Origin: a candidate division WOR-3 bacterium
GTDB lineage: Bacteria; Hydrothermota; Hydrothermia; JBDRYB01
Assembly: GCA_039803205.1 (NCBI GenBank)
Contig: JBDRYB010000001.1
Span: 235,413 to 299,412 of the forward strand
Length of the DNA stretch: 64,000 nt
Direction of reading: 5' to 3'
Below, piece after piece: positions 1 to 8,822 of the stretch. The notes below the pieces were generated by a model, which saw only the letters and a list, made by a program, of their open reading frames with translations, was not told the DNA's origin and made no database searches. Both the position numbers and the translations under genes were made by a program. Each line of letters begins with the position of its first letter. Position 1 is the first letter of the stretch.

Positions 1-264
1 TCTGGCATCCTGAGCCTCACCAGCACGAGGCCTTCCGAGGGTTCTGTTTCTCTTGAGGTATACAACGCTTTGGGCGCGAGGGTTGCCAGGGCCAGCTTCT
101 CCGGAAGGGAGTTCTCTTTGCCCCTCTCTGTTCCAAAGGGAACATATATCTGCGTTCTCCGAGCCGAAGGCGAGAGGTTCACTGGGAAGTTCGCTGACGA
201 GGGGACATTCACCCTGAAAAAAATGGAGAGGATAAGGCCTTCAGAGATGGAGAAGGGGGAGTAA
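1..264 (+). CDS. 3' end of a secreted protein with a T9SS-like CTD (5' partial)
   Basis: Frame +1 is open from base 1: ...VSLEVYNALGARV...PKGTYICVLRAEGERFTGKF..., matching the Y(D/N)xxGxxV...GxY CTD pattern. Confidence 0.7.
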   Translation, partial: SGILSLTSTRPSEGSVSLEVYNALGARVARASFSGREFSLPLSVPKGTYICVLRAEGERFTGKFADEGTFTLKKMERIRPSEMEKGE

Positions 265-280
265 TCCTTCTCGCATAAAA

Positions 281-322
281 TAACAAAAGGGCCGGCTATA
301 TCGTTCAGCCGGCCTTTTGTTA
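281..322. terminator. Bidirectional intrinsic terminator
   Basis: TAACAAAAGGGCCGGCT-N9-AGCCGGCCTTTTGTTA inverted repeat with A/T tails, between convergent genes. Confidence 0.8.
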
Positions 323-333
323 ATCTCTTCTGG

Positions 334-1473
334 CTACTCCAGGACGATGATGTTCCTGGGCTCGCAGATCGCCTTGAGCTCCTTTGGCCACACGGAGACG
401 GTAACCTCACCGAGGTGAGCCGTGCGCAGGAGATACATGTATGTCCGGCCCTGGCCAATCCCTCCGCCTATGGAAAGGGGGATCTGGTCATTCAGGATTG
501 CTTGATGATAGGGGAGTTGCAGGAAGTGTTCCTGGCCAGTTTCCTTTAACTGCTGGACCAGGGTCTCCTTCGTCACCCTGATGCCCATGGATGTGAGCTC
601 GTGCCTGCGCCTCGTTACCGGGTTCCAAACCAGGATGTCCCCGTTCAGGCCGTGCATTTGCTTTCCGTTCTTGACTATGGTTGGCGTGATCCAGTCATCG
701 TAGTCTGCGGCGCGCATCTCGTGCGGATAGCCGTCCTCAAGGGTATAGCCTATGCCTATAATGAATATGGCTGGCGCGACCTCGGTGAGCATCTTTGTCT
801 CGCGCTGTTTGCGGGGCAGGTTCGGATAGCGTTCAAGTATCTCCTCCGCGTGGAAGAACTCAAGCTTCTTGGGGATCGGCGGATACTTGTCCGTGGCCAG
901 CACGGGATATTCCTTCTGGATCATCTGGCCCGCCTCGTATATGACCCCCCAGATCGTCTCCACGGTCTTCTTCAGGTAATCCAGGTTCCTATCCTTCTCC
1001 GTGATGACCTTCTCCCAGTCCCACTGATCAACATAGGAGCTGTGATCGTGATCCAAGAAGTAATCCTTGCGAACAGCGCGCATGTCAGTGAGGATTCCCT
1101 CTCCGACCTGGCACTCAAACTGCTTCAGGGCCATGCGCTTCCATTTCGTCGCGGCCTGAACGATCTGCGCTTCTATGGGCTTTTCAAGTCCGAGTCCGCA
1201 GAGGAACTCAATCGGGGTGCGCGAGCCATCCCGGTCCAGGTAGTCATTCACTCCGCTCTCCTTTGTCACGATAAGGGGCACCTGAACCATGAAGAGGTTG
1301 AGCTCCTTGCAGAGGTTCTCCTCAATAAACTGCTTTACTTTATAGAGGGCCTTCATCCGATCCTTTGGGCCCAACAAAGGCTTGTAATCATTGGGGAGGA
1401 TCTTCTCCACCTCCTCATAGGTGCTCACACCTGGTCCGGCCAAATCCTTTGTCTTGTCGTAGCTCTGCTGCAT
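334..1473 (-). CDS. asnA: Aspartate--ammonia ligase
   Basis: KWKRMAL, TDMRAVRKD, HSSYVDQWDWEKVI, RAADYDDW, GLNGDILVWN, ELTSMGIRV, SIGGGIGQ motifs. Confidence 0.95.
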   Translation of the reverse strand: MQQSYDKTKDLAGPGVSTYEEVEKILPNDYKPLLGPKDRMKALYKVKQFIEENLCKELNLFMVQVPLIVTKESGVNDYLDRDGSRTPIEFLCGLGLEKPIEAQIVQAATKWKRMALKQFECQVGEGILTDMRAVRKDYFLDHDHSSYVDQWDWEKVITEKDRNLDYLKKTVETIWGVIYEAGQMIQKEYPVLATDKYPPIPKKLEFFHAEEILERYPNLPRKQRETKMLTEVAPAIFIIGIGYTLEDGYPHEMRAADYDDWITPTIVKNGKQMHGLNGDILVWNPVTRRRHELTSMGIRVTKETLVQQLKETGQEHFLQLPYHQAILNDQIPLSIGGGIGQGRTYMYLLRTAHLGEVTVSVWPKELKAICEPRNIIVLE

Positions 1474-1530
1474 AGTTCTCTCCTTTTAGTGAGCCAATAG
1501 CTCATGTGTTTCTGTTCAGAAGGAACTAGA

Positions 1531-2496
1531 TTATAAAATATCGTGCGGAGCAATTTCAATAACGCCCGTGATCCTCGCTACCAGCTCTAGGCACCTTTTC
1601 ACGCCCGGGGTTATCACCAGGTGGGTGTGGTCGTGGGGTTTGACGAGAACGGTATCCCCCACCAATCTAGCAGAGGTAAGAAATCTCTGAAGAAAGCCCC
1701 GTTCTGAGACGAGACAGAGAAAAAGGGCCTCCTGTCCGTCTTGAGAAAGATATGCCTTCATCACACGGAGGACGCTACACTCATGCTTTTCCATTACGGG
1801 AGAGAAATCTCTGACGACCGAGGCCAGGTCCTTGGGAGCTCTCATTTTTATCTGACTCATCTCGATCTCCGCAGGAAAAAGCCCAGAAACATCCGGCTCG
1901 CTCCTCTTTCTAAAGAGCAAAGGATAAATCGCCCTTCCCTTCGCGCGCCACTTCTCGTGATACTTTGTCATCGGGACGGGCCATGTTTCGGACTCGAGCT
2001 CAAAGGCCCCGGAAACCACTGCCTCTGAGATCACCCAGTCCCGATAATCCGGCCAATCGGTAGCCACAAGAGCCTCGCCCCCATCAACTGTTCTCGCAGA
2101 AAGGAGCTTGAAAAAGCCGGATGAAAGAAGCCTGCGGTGTTCGTGCTTTGCCTTTGGCCACGGCTCAGGAAAGAGAACCCATGTCCGGGATATGCTTCTG
2201 GCTGGCAGAAAATAGAAGAGCGCTGAGGCCGCGTCAATCTTTGCTATCCTGACATTCCGTATCCCCGCGCGAGCGAGCCTCTTGGAGGCCTTCAACACCG
2301 AAAGGGAAGAGACCTCAAGGCCCAGAATGTTCAGATCCGGCCTCTCACCTGCCCTTTGAACGAGAAAATCCCCCCTTCCAAAGCCTATCTCAAGCTCCAA
2401 AGGGGCATCCCTTCCGAAAAGCGCTGAGAGGACAAAGGGCCTTTTGGCCTTAAAGGGATCAAAAATCGGCCAATCTATCGGTTCCTTATCTCCCAT
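1531..2496 (-). CDS. trmB: tRNA (guanine-N7)-methyltransferase with C-terminal extension
   Basis: LEIGFGRG, FPEPWPKAKHEHRRL, ATDWPDY, TKYHEK motifs. Confidence 0.9.
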   Translation of the reverse strand: MGDKEPIDWPIFDPFKAKRPFVLSALFGRDAPLELEIGFGRGDFLVQRAGERPDLNILGLEVSSLSVLKASKRLARAGIRNVRIAKIDAASALFYFLPARSISRTWVLFPEPWPKAKHEHRRLLSSGFFKLLSARTVDGGEALVATDWPDYRDWVISEAVVSGAFELESETWPVPMTKYHEKWRAKGRAIYPLLFRKRSEPDVSGLFPAEIEMSQIKMRAPKDLASVVRDFSPVMEKHECSVLRVMKAYLSQDGQEALFLCLVSERGFLQRFLTSARLVGDTVLVKPHDHTHLVITPGVKRCLELVARITGVIEIAPHDIL

Positions 2497-2939
2497 ATGA
2501 ATGGGACAGAGGGATCATCTATCCGAACCCTGAATTCATCGGGATTTTCGTAGTTATAAAGCTTGTCGGGCACATTTATCACGAGAGCTGTTTCGCTCCC
2601 AAGCGCCTGAAAGCCGTGCATGACCAAGGGAGGTATGACAACTAGGCAGGGGTTGAGGTCCCCGATAAAGAGCTCTGTTATCATGCCTTTTGTTGGAGAA
2701 TCATCCCTCGGATCGTATAGGCCGAGACGGATCATTCCCCTCACGCAAGCGACGAAATCCGTCTGATGCTTGTGGTAGTGCCAAGCCTTTATCACACCGG
2801 GATAGACCGCGGTGAGGTAGACCTGGCCGAAAACCCTGAAATCAGGGTCATCTGAGCGAAGTATCTCGGTAAGCCACCCGCGATCATCCGGGATGACCCT
2901 GAGAGGTTTAACCCTGAGGCCATCTATGCCATGGTTCAT
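2475..2939 (-). CDS. dTDP-4-dehydrorhamnose 3,5-epimerase (RmlC/cupin) family protein
   Basis: DDRGWLTE, PGVIKAWHYH, IPPLVMHGF motifs. Confidence 0.85.
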   Translation of the reverse strand: MNHGIDGLRVKPLRVIPDDRGWLTEILRSDDPDFRVFGQVYLTAVYPGVIKAWHYHKHQTDFVACVRGMIRLGLYDPRDDSPTKGMITELFIGDLNPCLVVIPPLVMHGFQALGSETALVINVPDKLYNYENPDEFRVRIDDPSVPFIWEIRNR

Positions 2940-3865
2940 AAGAGAGGCTTTGGAAAGGCCGAGAGGCTCACCAGGTTTCCATCGTTGAAGAGAGCCCTGG
3001 CAACGATGTCACCGTTTTCTCCTCTTACCTCTTGGCCGAGGCTAACGCCGGGGAATTTCTGCCATCTTACCCCTCTGAGACCCCTCAGAACAGCTATTGC
3101 TTTGGACGGCTCCGTGAATCTGGATGGAGCTCCCATTCTCTCCATCGCATCAAGGGCGTAGGACTCTGCCAGCTTGAGCCTGAGAGCCTCCATCACCTCC
3201 GGCCCCGGAAGGAGATCAAGCCCAAGGAGCTCCTCCCCCGCAAAAGCGATGAAACCAGACGCCCCATCAAGCCTGAAACCCTCAGTGAAAGCGGAAGTGG
3301 CCCTCTCGACCGCTGAGTAAGCGTCGTGCATGGATGAGGTCGCTGATGAGACCCTCATTGAGCTGAGTTTCTTGCTCACGGAGGACCAGACAGCTCCCTG
3401 GTCAGCCGCAAAGCCTTTCCCGGCCCTCAATGACGCGCCAACGCTCTTGGCGAGGATCGCTCTCAGGGAGGGATAAGCGGATGAACCCACCCTGAAGGCC
3501 TTTTCTCCTCTCCAACGGCCCTGTTCAACGCATGTCACTGGGATCCTGTGGGTTAAGCCTGCCTCCGCTAGAATAGCGGTTGCGACGACCCTGTTCTGCA
3601 TCCCCGCAACCAGGCCCTCCCCATCCATTATGAAAAGGGGCCTTCCGCCATCACGGCCGAGTTCTATATCAACCCAAGGCACCCGACCAGTATCGCGAAT
3701 CTTTGCCGAACCAGAAGCAACAGCCTCATCAAGTGTCCTGAAACAGCCCTCGCCCCCATCATCCCTGAACAATGGAAATACAGTGAGGTTCCTGACCATC
3801 CTGGCCTCACCAAGCCTCGCGGGCAATTCCCTCTCAGCTATGCTTAACTCAACTCCTTCCATCAT
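2936..3865 (-). CDS. ARPP-1/DUF6569-like protein
   Basis: TLDEA, LFIMDGEGLVAGMQNRV, PVTCVEQGRW, DQGAVW, SYALDA motifs recalled for this family. Confidence 0.7.
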   Translation of the reverse strand: MMEGVELSIAERELPARLGEARMVRNLTVFPLFRDDGGEGCFRTLDEAVASGSAKIRDTGRVPWVDIELGRDGGRPLFIMDGEGLVAGMQNRVVATAILAEAGLTHRIPVTCVEQGRWRGEKAFRVGSSAYPSLRAILAKSVGASLRAGKGFAADQGAVWSSVSKKLSSMRVSSATSSMHDAYSAVERATSAFTEGFRLDGASGFIAFAGEELLGLDLLPGPEVMEALRLKLAESYALDAMERMGAPSRFTEPSKAIAVLRGLRGVRWQKFPGVSLGQEVRGENGDIVARALFNDGNLVSLSAFPKPLL

Positions 3866-4044
3866 GGTCTAATTATAAACCAGGTGGCCGAGCTGGATCA
3901 CCATCCGGATATTCCTGGTTAAAAGATAATGTTGACACCATGTTTTTGACCGAAATTAACCCTCCTCAGAAACCAAACTCTGATTTTATGCGAAGCTCAG
4001 AGGATAAACCACCCAAAGATCAGGGTTTTAGTGTCAAGGTTGAA

Positions 4045-4197
4045 TTAAACCTCCGTTTTGGTTTCTCAAAAATAAAAACGCGCCGGCCCCAGCAAATTCC
4101 GGGAGGTGCTGAGTGCCGGGGCCGGCCCTGGGTTTTCATCTCACAACCGCCTTTCCTTTGAATTGGCCAGCCTGCCAGAAGTAGACCCCGGCGTCAA
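4045..4197. repeat. Array module copy A: CTD 3' end + GC hairpin + spacer + RBS
   Basis: Near-identical to 11833-11985 throughout, and to 5684-5800 over the hairpin and gene end; arms 4082-4093/4115-4126. Confidence 0.95.
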
Positions 4198-5644
4198 GGT
4201 TTATCAGGTTTCTGCCCTTCCTAAGCTCTCCCGAATAGACGAGCTTGCCGTCGGCCTTGTATATCCTCACGAGCATTTCCTCCGGAGAAATGAAGAGCGC
4301 GCCGGCGGGGAGGGGGGAGCAGGTTATGCCGGATTCACTGTATAAACTACTTTCTTCAACAAAGAGAGGCACGCAGGCATCCGTTATGGTCAGGTTCGGA
4401 TTTGTTATCGTTAGGCTTGGAGAAGATAATATGGGAGAGCAAGGAACGCCAACAGAGGGAGATGATGTGGCGGGATAGATATTCATCACGGTCGGAGAAC
4501 AGCTCTGAACACAATCGGTATAATTCCCTTCCGAATCTAGCTTGATAACGAAAAGGTCGTTACCACCAGCACCAAACTTCGCTGTAGTTGCGGCAACAAC
4601 ATATCCTCCTTCAGGGGACTGGATCAGCGAGTAGCCACCATCAGGTGCCATAGACCCATCAAATGTCCTGGCCCAATCCAGAGAGCCGTCCGAGGCGAGC
4701 TTGAGAATGAAGAGATGGTTGCCAATGCCAAAGCTATATGTAAATCCGGCAACTGCGTAACCTCCATCCACGGTCTGGATTATAGAGTATCCCCTATCAG
4801 TGGTGGTTCCGCCATATGTCCTGGCCCAATCCAGAGAACCGTCCGAGGCGAGCTTGAGAATGAAGAGGTCGTTACCACCAGCACCGAAGCTGCTCGTGTA
4901 TCCTGTAATCGCATATCCTCCATCCGTAGTCTGGATTATGGAGTAGGCATTATCATAGTCTGTCCCCCCGTATGTCCTGGCCCAATCCAGAGAACCGTCC
5001 GAGGCGAGCTTGAGAATAAAGATGTCATACGAACCGGCACCGAATACATTTGTCCATCCCACAACAGCATATCCTCCATCATCAGTTTGGATCACCGAGT
5101 TGGCACCGTTATTGGCTGTCCCTCCAAATGTCCTGGCCCAATCAACGGAGCCATCAGAAGCGAGTTTGATAACTAACATGCCGGCAGGGAAAAGACTTCC
5201 TTCTCCCGCGAGCACATATCCTCCATCAGTGGTCTGAATCACTGAATAAACCTGATCATAGCCAGTTCCACCGTATGTTCTTGCCCATTCAAGGGAACCA
5301 TCAGAAGCAAGCTTAAGGACAAGAAAGTCTCTGAGGCCAGCACCGAAGCTTTCTGTCCACCCAGCTACTACATATCCTCCGTCAGTTGTATGGATCACTG
5401 AATATCCCCCCCAATCATAGTTCACCCCTCCGAATGTCTTGGCCCAACTCACAGAACCATCAGGGGCCAGCTTGAGAACAAGGAAGTCATACAGGCCAGC
5501 GCCAAAGCTCTCCGTACGCCCAGCGACCACATATCCTCCATCAGTGCTAGGGGTTATGGAAAATGCCCAATCCAAGCTTGGACCGCCGTATGTCTTGGCC
5601 CACAGGTTCTGCCCCAAAAGAACGGCTATAAAAAGGCTTGTCAT
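4136..5644 (-). CDS. Beta-propeller repeat protein with T9SS-like CTD
   Basis: About 7-8 repeats of ~52 aa (WARTYGG...SIIQTTDGGY.VAG.T.SFGAG..D..VLKL..DGS); ends GVYFWQAGQFKGKAVVR. Confidence 0.85.
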   Translation of the reverse strand: MTSLFIAVLLGQNLWAKTYGGPSLDWAFSITPSTDGGYVVAGRTESFGAGLYDFLVLKLAPDGSVSWAKTFGGVNYDWGGYSVIHTTDGGYVVAGWTESFGAGLRDFLVLKLASDGSLEWARTYGGTGYDQVYSVIQTTDGGYVLAGEGSLFPAGMLVIKLASDGSVDWARTFGGTANNGANSVIQTDDGGYAVVGWTNVFGAGSYDIFILKLASDGSLDWARTYGGTDYDNAYSIIQTTDGGYAITGYTSSFGAGGNDLFILKLASDGSLDWARTYGGTTTDRGYSIIQTVDGGYAVAGFTYSFGIGNHLFILKLASDGSLDWARTFDGSMAPDGGYSLIQSPEGGYVVAATTAKFGAGGNDLFVIKLDSEGNYTDCVQSCSPTVMNIYPATSSPSVGVPCSPILSSPSLTITNPNLTITDACVPLFVEESSLYSESGITCSPLPAGALFISPEEMLVRIYKADGKLVYSGELRKGRNLINLDAGVYFWQAGQFKGKAVVR

Positions 5645-5683
5645 GATAAAGACTCCTTTTGTTTCTTTTTTAAGAGAGATATA

Positions 5684-5800
5684 GGCCGGCCCCAGCGAAT
5701 TCCGGGAGGTGCTGAGTGCCGGGGCCGGCCCTGGGTTTTCATCTTACAACAGCCTTTCCTTTGAATTGGCCTGCTTGCCAGAAGTAGACCCCTGGCTCAA
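5684..5800. repeat. Array module copy B: CTD 3' end + GC hairpin
   Basis: GGCCGGCCCCAGC-loop-GCCGGGGCCGGCC (5684-5730) plus the shared gene end. Confidence 0.95.
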
Positions 5801-7229
5801 GGGAGATCCTGGTCTGGCCGGGGTGGAGTTCTTGGGATAGGAATAGGCGGCCATCGGGAGAATATATCTCAACTCTGGAATCCACAGCTGACAGAAACAC
5901 AACAGCACCATCAGTAAGTATAGCTCTAATCCACGGGCTTGCTTCCCGCTCTTCCAAAGAGATGCTCGCGCACGGATCGCTAAAATTGGGCACCGGCTCA
6001 GACTGGTTAAGAGTTTGGTCAACAACCGTTGGGACAAAACCTACGCCCGTTGTCTGATCTATCACTGTTGGGTTGACAAGTGAGGTAGAGAACACCATAT
6101 TCCTCAAGCAACCCTGATATGTTCCGTCCGGGTTGAGGCTTAGCGCGAAGGCATCGGTTCCGGTGCCCCAGCTGGTTGTGTAGCCAGTGCAGATCGGATT
6201 CCCAGACGCAGAAACCCTTATTGACCAAGCCTCTTCGTTTCCGACTCCGCCAAAAAGCGATGCCCAAATCAGGTTTCCTGATGGGTCTATCTTCATTATC
6301 AGGGCATCCTTCCCCAAAGCACCAGTGCTGGTAGTATATCCGGCCATGATCACGCCATCACCGGTTCTGTCAGCAGAGTAAATATACTCATATCCGTTTT
6401 CGCCGTATATCCTCGACCATAGAGGAAAGCCATCTGTGCCTAAGCGCATGACGAATATGTCCGTCCCCGAGGCACCGAAATTTGAGGTTTGGCCAGCTAC
6501 AATAAAGGTTCCGTCTTCCATCTCAAGGATCGCGTAAGCAGAATCACCCAAAGGTCCTCCGTATGTCTTAGCCCACTGGGTATTCCCCGAAGGATCCGTT
6601 TTAACGAGAAAGATGTCTCGCCCCCCGGCGCCAAAGCTTTGCGTCCAACCACCTACCAAAAATCCCCCGTCTCTGGTTTGGATCACTGGATAGGCATCCT
6701 CCTCAGCGGATATCGGTCCTCCATAAACCTTTGCCCAAACCAGGTTTCCATTGGGATCTATCTTGATCAGGTAAAAGTCGTCCTCGCGGGAAGATGACTC
6801 TGTCCACCCAGCCACGATGAAACCATCGGAAACAGTTTTAAGCGATCTAGGGCCATCCCAGTCTTCTCCTATGTATTTCTTTGCCCAGATTACGGAGCCG
6901 TCAGCAAGGGAAACCTTCATCACTATAACATCCGCGTTGCCAGAGGGGCCAGACTCTGATGCAAGCACGATGTTATTATCCGGAGTTATGTCTAAGCCCA
7001 ATCCCCAGTCGTTATACGGCGTGGAATAAACCTTGGTCCAGAGGGGACTGCCATCCGGAGCCATCTTGATCAATAGAAGATCTGCTCCAGCTCCCCAGCT
7101 TGTTGTGTGGCCCAGAAGCAGAACGCTTCCATCTGGCGCCTCCGTGATATACTGGCCCATCTCAAAGTTGTCCCATCCATAAGTTCTGGCGAAGCCCGCC
7201 AGAAGAACAACGCAAGCTAAGTGCATCAT
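5739..7229 (-). CDS. Beta-propeller repeat protein with T9SS-like CTD
   Basis: Same repeat family; start moved to the ATG at 7229, after AAGGAG. Confidence 0.85.
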   Translation of the reverse strand: MMHLACVVLLAGFARTYGWDNFEMGQYITEAPDGSVLLLGHTTSWGAGADLLLIKMAPDGSPLWTKVYSTPYNDWGLGLDITPDNNIVLASESGPSGNADVIVMKVSLADGSVIWAKKYIGEDWDGPRSLKTVSDGFIVAGWTESSSREDDFYLIKIDPNGNLVWAKVYGGPISAEEDAYPVIQTRDGGFLVGGWTQSFGAGGRDIFLVKTDPSGNTQWAKTYGGPLGDSAYAILEMEDGTFIVAGQTSNFGASGTDIFVMRLGTDGFPLWSRIYGENGYEYIYSADRTGDGVIMAGYTTSTGALGKDALIMKIDPSGNLIWASLFGGVGNEEAWSIRVSASGNPICTGYTTSWGTGTDAFALSLNPDGTYQGCLRNMVFSTSLVNPTVIDQTTGVGFVPTVVDQTLNQSEPVPNFSDPCASISLEEREASPWIRAILTDGAVVFLSAVDSRVEIYSPDGRLFLSQELHPGQTRISLEPGVYFWQAGQFKGKAVVR

Positions 7230-7246
7230 GTCTCTTAACTCCTTCT

Positions 7247-8803
7247 TTATCTCATGAACATTGCCTTGCCTTTTTGCGCTTGGGTTATCCAAAAGTAGAC
7301 CCCTCGGTCAAGGTCTATTCTGTTTTCCCCCTCTCTAAGAACCCCGTAGTGCACCAGACGACCATCCGAAGCATAGATGGATATGGGAGTTTCATAGGTG
7401 CTGAAGAAAGAAATACCCCCTCGGAGGGTTCTAACAATCACGAGCTTCTCCTGGTTCTCTTGGTTCTGCTCCCCGATCTCCTCGTATAGGGGATCACATA
7501 TCTGTTCCGTAGTAAGATCGAGGGTTCCGTAGCCGAAATTTAGGGAGGCGGGAGGAGGATAAGAATTTGGAGTTAATGATATAAAGTAGCTTGTGTCCTG
7601 ATGCTCCAGGGGAGGATACCCCTTAGGGCCGACGCAACCCGGGTAGAACCCCTTCCTTGAGACCTTGAGGACGATGCCATCGTTAGCACCTATGACTGAA
7701 GAGGGGTTAGAGTATCCCACAACGCTTATAGAACCGTCAGGCATCTCTATCAAATCAGTAGCCGATTCCATGTGTGCCGGGAGCGATACAGCGAAGTTTA
7801 CCCCGAACAAAGAGTCTAGACCTAAGAGCCCGTTGCCGGTTGTTAGACAGAAGTCTCCGTTATCTGTTTGGATGATCTCGTAGACTTCATAGGTGCTACC
7901 GCCTCCAAATCTTTGGATCCTTGGGTTTCGGAGCTCAGAATCTACCTCCATCACGAAGAAGCCATCGGTTCTAGATGTTCCGGTTAGAACAAAGCCGCGC
8001 CCTGTTTGCGCTATTGAATGAGGCACATCCATAAAAGAGGTTGGGTAAAGACCGTTGATGGTATCAAGATCATAAACATAAACGGGCCCGGCTGGGTCGC
8101 CATCTTGGGTCACCTCAAACAGAAGAATCGCCTCATCGGTTATGTTGTCTGAATAGGTGCCCGCTATAACGAAGCTTTCTTGAGGCTCTTTTCTGGTCTG
8201 CGCTATACCGAAAGGCACCTCATGATAGTAAGGTTTTTGGAGCCACCTAGCAGACGAACTCTCTATTTGTCCACCCGGCGTCAACTGAACAAACAGAAGC
8301 ACGATATCCGCGTATCCATCTGGATCCCTAATAGAGGTAACCACGACTATGCGGCCAGCACGGGAAAGTATCATTTTTGGCCGCGGACAAGTTCCACTCG
8401 TTGGGCTCCAACCCATAGTCCAAAGAATATCCCCGTTTACATTCACGGCCATGAGAATAATCCTCGTGCCATCGTATCCGCAAACTATGTAGATATTTTT
8501 TCCATCGGGAAGCGTGAACGGGGCTAAGGATAGACCCTCCTCATTATTTGGATCTGAGCCTATAACATGGTAGTTTTTGAACCACTGATATTCCCCGCTG
8601 TGGCCAAGCTTGAGCAGGAAGATATCCCATGTGTATGAAGGGTTTGTAGGATCGAGGTTGAAATCCCCCGTTATCAGATAACCCTGTTCATCGTAGACAA
8701 TATCGTAGGGTTTTATGGAAGCCCTCTGTCCTGAAACAGATCCATACCCATAAGCTTTGGCCCAGAGATCCACGCCCATAAGAAATGCAAGGAGCTGATA
8801 CAT
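7247..8803 (-). CDS. Divergent beta-propeller protein with T9SS-like CTD
   Basis: LWAKAYG start, degenerate blades, CTD IYASDGRLV...GVYFW...KGKAMFMR. Confidence 0.8.
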   Translation of the reverse strand: MYQLLAFLMGVDLWAKAYGYGSVSGQRASIKPYDIVYDEQGYLITGDFNLDPTNPSYTWDIFLLKLGHSGEYQWFKNYHVIGSDPNNEEGLSLAPFTLPDGKNIYIVCGYDGTRIILMAVNVNGDILWTMGWSPTSGTCPRPKMILSRAGRIVVVTSIRDPDGYADIVLLFVQLTPGGQIESSSARWLQKPYYHEVPFGIAQTRKEPQESFVIAGTYSDNITDEAILLFEVTQDGDPAGPVYVYDLDTINGLYPTSFMDVPHSIAQTGRGFVLTGTSRTDGFFVMEVDSELRNPRIQRFGGGSTYEVYEIIQTDNGDFCLTTGNGLLGLDSLFGVNFAVSLPAHMESATDLIEMPDGSISVVGYSNPSSVIGANDGIVLKVSRKGFYPGCVGPKGYPPLEHQDTSYFISLTPNSYPPPASLNFGYGTLDLTTEQICDPLYEEIGEQNQENQEKLVIVRTLRGGISFFSTYETPISIYASDGRLVHYGVLREGENRIDLDRGVYFWITQAQKGKAMFMR

Positions 8804-8822
8804 GCTTAAACTCCCTTAGTTT

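Noticed and set aside
601..1500. 299-aa plus-strand ORF, and the many long antisense ORFs over rpoB/rpoC and others
   Set aside because: Shadow ORFs opposite well-identified genes, with no recognisable motifs
3928..4041. TTGACAC...GTGTCAA inverted repeat as MITE ends
   Set aside because: Only 7 bp perfect, no target-site duplication and no second copy; may be -35 boxes or chance
4102..4184. Antisense peptide from GGAGG-N6-GTG inside the hairpin
   Set aside because: That GTG is absent in copy C and the frame merely mirrors the CTD coding strand
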